Positions 55,200-64,000 of a stretch of 64,000 nucleotides of DNA are shown piece by piece. The DNA lies in the NCBI GenBank assembly GCA_951406725.2, contig OX597820.1:95356001-95420000 (forward strand), in the 5' to 3' direction. A program made the translations under genes and the position numbers. The stretch is from Octopus vulgaris (taxonomy: Eukaryota). Every line of letters begins with the position of its first letter. The first letter of the stretch is position 1. Below the pieces are notes generated by a model, which saw only the letters and a list, made by a program, of their open reading frames with translations, was not told the origin of the DNA and searched no databases.

Positions 55200-57916
55200 G
55201 CGTGTGTGTGTGTGTGTTACTCCATCGATTGACAATCGGTGTTGGTTTGTTTGACTAATGACTGCAGTCCAGTGACTGAAACAAGTTAAAAGAATAAAAA
55301 AATAAGTGAATATCTGTGGCCGGTCATTACTCGAATTCATTTTACATCAATATCATATTGCACCAATACTGTTTTGCGCCAATACTAGATTGTAGCGACT
55401 AATATTTTATTGAATCGTGTTGCTTTGTATGTGTGTATGAGAAAATGTAACTATTGCATTTTGTTTAGCGTTTTATATTTCAATTTTTACATATTCCCCT
55501 GATTCCTTAAATGTATATAATACTGAGCAGAGCATACCTTATAATGTAAACAGCTTGCTGAAATAGCAAAATTTAAATAAAACAAGCAAGAAACAAAAGT
55601 AAGCCTAAAACCAAAAATAATACATATTTTAAAAATCCTTCTTAGTAATTATCATTTAACAAAATTCAGTCTTTAAAGCTGAAGTACTTTTCTGATATAC
55701 CATATCAAATGTTAATGTTATCAAGAAAGTAAATATACTAATAACGAAAATAATCTCAAATTTAATAAGATAGCGCTGGTAGTGGTTGTGAAACCGAATC
55801 ATATCAAAGGCTTCAATGAGCAGCAATATAAAATCAATAAGTTCCTTGGTAACTCAATAACAAACGAAGATTTATTCTGATAGTTCAAATTTTTCGCTTT
55901 TGTATAATTTATCTGCTATTTTTTTTCTGTCTCTCGGTCTATGAAATATCATGGATGAGACGCAGCAAAAACGTATATAACTTATATGAGCGGCTATCTA
56001 AATATATACATGTAATAAAAAATATATACAGAATTATTTCCTGAATAATTCATTGAAACAGATGCCAAATTACTTGTTTGTTTACTGTATTGGGTTTCTT
56101 TCTTTTGGCAAGATATCAGCTGTCTTTCTCTTTGTAAGTTTTAGGATGCTATGAAAATGAAATTATGTGTGTAGCGTGGAACTGTACCATTTTGCAATGC
56201 ACGTTCGATTTCTATTTGAGCCAATTCAATTCACCAATTCCTTGTTCCAACGATTTCACGCTGTATTTAATGGTTTCTTATTTAGATATAAGTCCAGCAA
56301 TTCTAAGGGAAGGGTGTTAATCGAGTCTGTTGATCTCACTATTTGACTGGCATTTTATTTTATCGACCCCGAGGGATGAAAAGCAAAGCTGACCGTTGAC
56401 CTAGAGGGGATGAAAACTCAGAACGTAAAGAGTCGAAAAAACATCGCAAGATATTTTTCCGATGCTCTAACGATTTTGCTATCTCGCTGCCTTATTTTCA
56501 AGCTGTAATGTATAGCTTGGAGATGGCTAGCGAGCAGAATCGATAGCGCGACCGACAGAATGCTTAGCGGCGTTCCTTCTGGCTCTTTATGAGCTATGCT
56601 CAAATCTTATCGCGGTCAAAATTGTCTTTCACCTTTTTGAGATCGATAAAACAAAGTACCAGTTAAATGCTGGGGTCGATATACTCGACTGCCATCTCTC
56701 CCTATAAATGCTGGCCTTTAACCATTAGGATAATTTGATTTCGCAACGTAGATAGTGCATTCGGTGATGACACAGTCAACCACTAAAGATTAAGCATTAG
56801 TGATAGTCTCTTCTGGAGGAAGTGAACAAGCAAGTGTCAAAAGCATTATTCGCTGGAATAATATACTTCATATATCATTCCCGCAAAAACATTTAACTGT
56901 TGTTCTTTTATTCCTTAATTAACAGGAAAGGGTTTATGAATGTGTGTGCCAAATGAGCAAAAACAGTTTCTTTTTCTTAAGGGTAATGTTTATACTTATT
57001 TTCACTTTAAATAAATAAAATAAGCTATAATAATTCTTAGTCTCTCGCACAGTAAAATTTACCTCATTATCGAAAAGTGCCTTAAAATATTCATGAAAGA
57101 AGTCAGAATAAAACTTCTTCATCGCTGTATAAGTCTTCCATTTCAGACTTGACACTTCCCATCGATAAGGGCCACTTATGGCTGGGTGCATTTGATGAAT
57201 TAGACCCTTAGGCGTCAATTGATGATGGCCAAATCCATGTAACCATCAATTCATGATGTCCACTGTTTAAGGGCTAAACTAAAGTTTATGATTAAAATCG
57301 CTCCAGTCATGACTAGGTTATATTTTAATACATTTAGAATTATATAATTCACTGTATTCTTCTGTTGTTTAAGACATTATGGTGTTTTTTTTAAAGTTTT
57401 GACTGCTATGTTTAACATGTTGAATGTCTGTGTCAAGTCTCCCTTATTAGTTTATGACTGTAATTACTGTTATTGAGAGGCTAAAGTTGGATGTGTTAAA
57501 GTCTTTTACTCCGAAGGAAAGAGCAGTATTCATAACGCTTTTCTGTGTAGAGTAAGTAATTCGTTGATCAAAGAAAGCCTTCTCGTAACTCAATTCATGG
57601 TTATTTGCTTGTTTTGTCATGCAAGCTATCTGGTCATAGGGATCAGAAACTTGAATTCTGCTTCAAAGACTAACAAATTTTCCTGTCAAACGTTTACGAA
57701 GACTTTCCTTTCACTCGTTGGTTCAATAACAGGATTCTAATTGCTTATATTGCTTCTTGAACATCTCATTCAAAGCACATTTGGAGTAGAGAAATTAGAT
57801 TAGTTTGGATTGGTTAATCTTTTTTCTAGACCATATAGTTGATGTTTACTGTCAGTGACACCCCAATCCTTTCCGCTCCATCTTTCTTTCTCTCTCTTCA
57901 TAAATAAATGTGTGTA

Positions 57917-58004
<88 letters not shown>

Positions 58005-58138
58005 TATATATTGGCCTTTTTTGCGTTTGGCAGCGGTCGCTGTCACATCGACACTTTTCCTCTGCCGTAAGGCTTAATTCCTAACACGCCAGCTGAATTC
58101 AATTCGTCTCCAGTCGAAAGACGCCTGTTCTTATGTCC

Positions 58139-58205
<67 letters not shown>

Positions 58206-58468
58206 TTGCATTATTTTTGTATTTATATTCGTGTAACATCGTCCGTTTTTCCGTCTTTGTTTCGTATAGATTCGAAGCTTTTTCCCTAGGAATCTAATGG
58301 TCTTAGTTTAGTTTTTCCTTGGGGCTGGCCAGATTGGAGCAATCAATCAAGATTACTCAGCCGAAATTGCGAGGATGATCCGGTTCTTGACTGAAGATTA
58401 AAGGCTTCGAATGACCCGTCCGTGTTTTTTGTATCGTTTTCTGGATGTTTTGCGTTCTTGTCCCATTT

Positions 58469-58521
<53 letters not shown>

Positions 58522-58579
58522 CGGCGTATGTACACTTTGCTCTCTTATATGTAAGTGTATGTATATATATGCATATATT

Positions 58580-58640
<61 letters not shown>

Positions 58641-58645
58641 GTATA

Positions 58646-58686
<41 letters not shown>

Positions 58687-58744
58687 TTGCACACGAGTGG
58701 GTGGACATACGACAGAAAGTAGCACTCAACACATTTATACAGCT

Positions 58745-58795
<51 letters not shown>

Positions 58796-58828
58796 CATAC
58801 ACACACACATATACAATCATACCTACCT

Positions 58829-58861
<33 letters not shown>

Positions 58862-59207
58862 CAACTAGGTAGAATATGCTACACTAAGAAGGCCTTATGC
58901 AATCTCTCACCGCATTTCCTATATTCTCAAAATTTCAGTAAAAACTTTCAAGAGGAAAATTTTACCTCTTAATTACATGGACATTCTTAACTAGAAATAA
59001 CTTACATGAATTGATGAATGTTGGCTATTCGCAGCTTGTATTAATGAATTAATATAAGCTAGGAATAAGCTTTGCAGAACATTCTAATTTCCTGCGATCT
59101 GAAAGCTGTTTATTGAAACATAACTATGATTGTAGCAGGTGAATTTGAATGAGTGATAATAAATGAAAATTACAAAGTAGAACAACCAACATGTAAAACA
59201 AACTTAC

Positions 59208-59333
59208 CAAGAGACAGGACATCGCCAGTTTCAAAAGGAAGACATATAGCGAATTTCTGGTAATTACTGATTCCAAAAAGGGGCATGGCAGCTACAGTTA
59301 TGGCAAAAATCCAACCAATAAGCATGATATATC
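59208..59333 (-). CDS. Penultimate exon of the same LGR (TM4 + ECL2), 126 bp
   Basis: Acceptor tttcaatgcag and donor G|GTAAGT. Translates (G)YIMLIGWIFAITVAAMPLFGISNYQKFAICLPFETGDVLSL. The terminal G joins TG of the next exon to give V-YVCF in frame. KFAICLPFET is rickets-like. Absent from the ORF track. Confidence 0.93.
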
Positions 59334-59507
59334 CTGCATTGAAAGATTTTGAAAATAGTGATATTTACAATGACAAAAGTAAGACAAACAAATGATACCA
59401 TAACAAATGATAGAAATATAGGTTAAAGAGAGAGGAAAGTTAATATATATATATATATATATATTATTATCATATATATATATATATATTATTATATATA
59501 TCTTATT

Positions 59508-59641
59508 ATATAGTTGGGTCCTTGGGGACAGTATCAGAAGGCATCAAGAAGAATATGAAGTTAAATTGGAATAGAGTGCCCAGTAGAACTTCTATACTTT
59601 TTGACAAGTTGTGGTACACCTGAGCACTGTAAACAATAATT

Positions 59642-59705
<64 letters not shown>
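59508..59705 (+). mobile_element. R4/Dong-like (RLE) LINE 3' end with (ATT)n tail
   Basis: IVGSLGTVSEGIKK...IGIECPVELL resembles the RLE C-terminus (IVIGALGTV...LGI...ELLQK). Followed by a short UTR and about 20 ATT repeats. Confidence 0.55.
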
Positions 59706-59711
<6 letters not shown>

Positions 59712-59994
59712 GTATGCATGTATATATATATATGTTTGTGTGTGTATGTATGTATATACACATGTGAATATATATGTATATATATTTATATGCATATATA
59801 TATATGGATAAAAACATTTAGATACACACATCTTAAAAATGGTAGAAAGAAAAGTTATTCGGAAGTATTAAAAGTATTGCTTTAATTAAAAAAAAACAAA
59901 AAAAAACGTGTTCAGATTTTTGTAAGGTAATGATATGAAATCTTTTAAATCTTTTTATCATGCTATGTAAGAGTATGTATATATATATACATAT

Positions 59995-60032
<38 letters not shown>

Positions 60033-60595
60033 GGGGGAGGGGCATGCGTGCATTGTTTACGTAAAAAGAATGTAGAAACTGCGAAAGAACGTGAGATAAT
60101 TCGATTTTATCAGTGTAGTTCGAAGTAGAGAAAGCTATAATTAATAGCCTGTATAGAGAATTTTGCAAGATTGCTTTGGTTCAATAGTTGACCGTCTTTC
60201 ATGTTTACAGAAAATGTGGGTTTGCATCCCAAAATGCCCTTCTACTTATTCTATCCAAAGTGTTCTAGTCCAATATTTACATGTTATCATTTATAGCTTT
60301 ATTTGCTGCGAGAAATAGTAATGCATTACGAGAGTATTGCTTTCCAATAAAGAATAGCCCGTGAGGTAAAATTATACATAAAAGCAAATAAATGGCACAA
60401 CGAAGTACCGATATTATCCCTTTCTAGGTATTTCATCTTTCAGATGTTCTCCCTGGAGGTAAGACCATTTTTTCAAGTTTGTTGCACACATGGATTTTTG
60501 CTAGTACATACGCAGCGAAGCTATACATTAGCGTCGTATTTATTACGTTCGCTATTTTCCAGTAAATATCGGTACTTCGTTGTGCCATTTATTTG

Positions 60596-60661
<66 letters not shown>

Positions 60662-60670
60662 CACATATCT

Positions 60671-60712
<42 letters not shown>

Positions 60713-61212
60713 AGTAAGATGTAGAGGTGAAATATAAGCAAAGTAATTAAAGTACTGTGTGAAAATCGGTCACAGAACAGTAATGATGATGATAAATTAT
60801 GTTATTCATCGAGTTCTATGTGTTCCTTGATTAAGTGTATTTAGACAGCGGTGCAGAACTCATAGCTTATCTAAAGTACATTCATCTAAAATATTCTTGA
60901 CTCATTTTGAAGACAGTAGCGTGTGATTTAACAGATTTGTTGTCATTTCTCGCAGCTTTAGTGACCGTATAGTGCCTGAAAAATTAATCTTTGTCGCCGA
61001 ACCACAATCACCAAGGTTATTGTTTTGCACAAACCTGAAGATCTACGACCTCTTGCAAAACAGACAATTTTCGACTGCATTGCCTAGGACTACCGAAGCA
61101 TCCCACCCTCAAGCAGTCACTTTAAGTTGAACGAAGAGGTTCCCCAGTTAGGTTATGTGGAAGTTCCCTCGAGTTTCACGACTGTACATTATGAATAACT
61201 AACAGTAAGTTA

Positions 61213-61512
61213 GTGGAGGCACATGGACTAGTGGTTAGAGCAGCGGAGTCTCGGTCGCGGGTTCGAATCTCAGACCGAGTGATGTGTGTGTTTATGAGCG
61301 AAACTCCTAAGCTCCACGCGGCTCCGGCAGAAGGTAATGCCAAACTTTTACTGACTCTTTCGCCACAACTTTCTCTCACTCTTTCCTCCTGCATCTTGCA
61401 GCTCACCTGCGATGGACTGGTGTCCCGTCCAGGTGGGGAACCTATACGCCAAGGAAACTGGGAAACCGGCCCTTGTGAGCCAGGCGTGGCTTGAGAAGGA
61501 ACAAACAATAAC
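61213..61512 (+). mobile_element. tRNA-derived V-SINE-like element
   Basis: A-box TGGACTAGTGG, B-box GGTTCGAATC, V-domain-like CCTGCGATGGACTGGTGTCCCGTCCAGG. Confidence 0.75.
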
Positions 61513-63289
61513 AGTATGTTACAGTTGTATTAAGTGTTCAGCTTCTTTGCTATGTTGTGTTATAGAATATATCTATATATTTCTATATAAACCAGCATTG
61601 TATGTTACGACAAATGTAAACTATATGTCTGTATGTATATTTTCGCAGCAAAAATAAATGAAAAGGAAAATAAAAATAAGCAAAAACAAAGGACAGCGAA
61701 CCCTACCCTGTTTCAAACCTGTTAGGATTTCATCAGTTACCGCCTTAACTGTCCACGAATATATTGCTTATAAAGTCAATATTATTGAAGTTATTACATG
61801 AATCACACAAGTAATTTAATATACAAGCTATCAAGAAAATGTATTCAAAGTCGTAGTGATTTTCGACTGAAAGTTGACTTTACCATGCAAAGAGTTACTA
61901 AAAACAACATGGCTGGACACGACAACATTAACAACAACACTGTTGAAAGACAGAGCGAAAACAACGTCGCAAAAGGTAAACAAACTCTTTCTAACTGTAG
62001 AAACCACAAAAACTGAATAATGATTAATTTAACTGTTGTAAGAGAGCAAATAAAAAAAAACTCCGCAATTGGATTTATGAACAAATTAAAAGTATATTAG
62101 GATCTCTGTGGTTTTCGTCACTGTTTACAATTATCTTTAAAAAAACATTTTAAATGTATCTTATAGATATAATTTTTGACGTTGAATCCGAATTTGTTAT
62201 TCATTTATTCCAGAAAACTTCTGCAAAAATATTACAGGTGTTCGAAGTTTGATAATTTTCAGAATTTTCAACCAATCAAAAACAAAAAAACAGCGCGTTC
62301 GCTGCCTCTTCCATCGGGGTGGGGTGGGGTGGGGGTGGGGGAGTTGGCATCGGCATGTCAAAACATTAAACTAGCTACAGTAAACAATGAAATACATGAA
62401 AAAATTTGCGGGCGAATTAAATATTTAAAAGCTACGAACAAACCAACAGAAGTTGCTAGTAATAACAGTCAAAACATTGTTTAAAACATACATTTATTAT
62501 TTTAAAAAAATTCAAGAACGAAAGTTTGCAATACACTCTCTCTATGATTTTATAAAATAAATTATCTTTCTCGTTTCTGCTTTTCCACATAAATTCACAA
62601 AGATAAGAGTCAACCATGCCCAGGTACTTTCAATTTGTTAAGTGTGAGTTCCATCTGTTATGAAAACAAACAATTATAGAACAAGTGGTTGTTACACTCC
62701 TTGTGTGCATGCGCACCACCTTTAGTTACTACAGAAACAGACTTCTTCGCCACGGTGATGCCTAAAATACTCGCTTCTGATTGGCTTAAATACCCAAATT
62801 TTGCAAATTTTAAGGGCTGATAACTTTTTTAACTATGGATTTATAGGAAAAATGAACTTCATTTTCATAATTAGTATCCAAAACTTAATCCATTTATCAA
62901 ATTTGAAAACAACTGGAACAAAATTGTAAACAGCGACGAAAACCATAAAGATCCCACTGGAACAATCTGCACTCAGAACTAAATTATTTTATTCCGAAAC
63001 AATTACACCAACAAGCAACATTTGTTGAACATAAAAAGAAAGTTAGTGATTGTAACTTTATTAAAAAAAAAATCAGAAATTAACTTTCTTCCAAAGAATA
63101 TAAACAAAAGTGTGAACGATGTAAGAGCACTACGTAGCTTCACAGTTATCGACATTCCAACAGATACCATACTGCCTGACAGCCAAACTACATTGCAGGC
63201 TAAGGCAACTGACTACTGTCCCTCTACAATGATTATGGTAAACAGCAGGTAGAACTGCAAACACCATCGTAATAGTGGTCAGGGGTATA

Positions 63290-63815
63290 TATCGCTGAAA
63301 AATGCCCTGAAAATTATTCAAGAATAAATAACTTTGGTTTTGAAGTACTCTCTCTAAGAGAGAGCGTTTTCTACCAAAGTAAAGAAAAGATCAATAAATA
63401 TTCTACTAAAAGCTCTTTATGAAATGGGAGAGGAGCTTTTACAGCAGTGTAATGAACCTTTATTCTGGCAGATTAACGCCTGTCTATATGCCTTGTCTAT
63501 TACAACAAAGCAACTCATGAACGATAATCAAAAAGTAAACAAAACCGAAACAACGCAAAATGTGCCATCATGAGCTTTGAAGACAGAGAAAACGATAGCT
63601 GATTTACGGAAGACCATCAGTCATATAATCATGCTTTTTGCTTGCAAATCACTAAACGTCTCATCAACAAAACATGAAGAAGAAGATAGAAGTGATGTTT
63701 GGAGATAGCAAAAAGAGAACACTCGGTTGCAAACTGTTCACCCTCAAGCAGGAGCTAAAAGCTATTAGTGAGATACTCCGACATCAGAGGAGAGTAACCG
63801 AAAGTCATTAATAGA
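63290..63815 (+). mobile_element. Degenerate R4/Dong-like LINE N-terminal region
   Basis: FWQINACLYA...VPS*ALKTEKTIADLRKTISHI...LKQELKAISEILRHQRR resembles the pre-RT region of R4/Dong ORFs. Confidence 0.45.
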
Positions 63816-64000
63816 ACTGTCAACACTTGTAAAACTTTCCAGGAGTTTAGAGTCTAACTATACATGTACATATCTAGACATGCAACTGTGTGTTGGAGAA
63901 TACCTACATAAAACAAAATATACAAATCTGCACGTACACTGACTCGAAATATTGCATTATACGCACAAGCATGAACAAATACCTTGTTGTTTAAAAATTA

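Noticed and set aside
56934-57262. Minus-strand ORF with a GAG|GTAAAT donor inside the intron
   Set aside because: Phase 0 is incompatible with the phase-1 junction, the flanking exons already join seamlessly, and no homology was recognised.
58385-58425. CTGAAGA...CGAA motif
   Set aside because: No stem II or III pairing and no GAAA.
61213-61285. tRNA-like sequence
   Set aside because: No complete cloverleaf; it is the head of a SINE. The same applies to the other A/B-box hits.
61884-61995. Minus-strand AG...GT-bounded hydrophobic segment as a possible upstream LGR exon
   Set aside because: No frame resembles TM3/ICL2 (expected ELSVYTL..ITLER.YAI).
62316-62341. (GGGGT)5 potential G-quadruplex
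   Set aside because: Simple repeat with no supporting context.

Overview
AT-rich, microsatellite-saturated eukaryotic genomic DNA. The repeat content (dense (TA)n/(CA)n/(TATC)n/(TATG)n arrays, several tRNA-derived SINE families) suggests an octopus or other coleoid cephalopod; this is an inference. One host gene is well supported: the last two coding exons (59208-59333 and 43666-45335, minus strand, separated by a 13.9-kb phase-1 intron) of a leucine-rich-repeat GPCR most similar to the bursicon receptor (rickets/LGR type B). It has a cytoplasmic tail of about 455 aa, and its upstream exons were not found in the window. The rest is mostly decayed mobile DNA: a Tx1/L1-like LINE, CR1-like and R4/Dong-like LINE fragments, Penelope-like pieces, Tc1/mariner elements of four triad classes (DD34D, DD36E x2, maT-like, DD41D), a hAT relic and Helitron relics. 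The most interesting unannotated signal is a set of type-I hammerhead-ribozyme folds in at least five unrelated short repeats lodged in (TA)n tracts. One is a complete fold inside a direct-repeat-bounded, retrozyme-like unit (31637-31697). Variants show the tertiary 3-8 core pair as C-G, U-A or A-U, and one lies in sense orientation within the GPCR intron. Long palindromic hairpin elements occur in the same setting. Most short ORFs in the supplied track are microsatellite artefacts. All folds were done by eye and no database searches were run.
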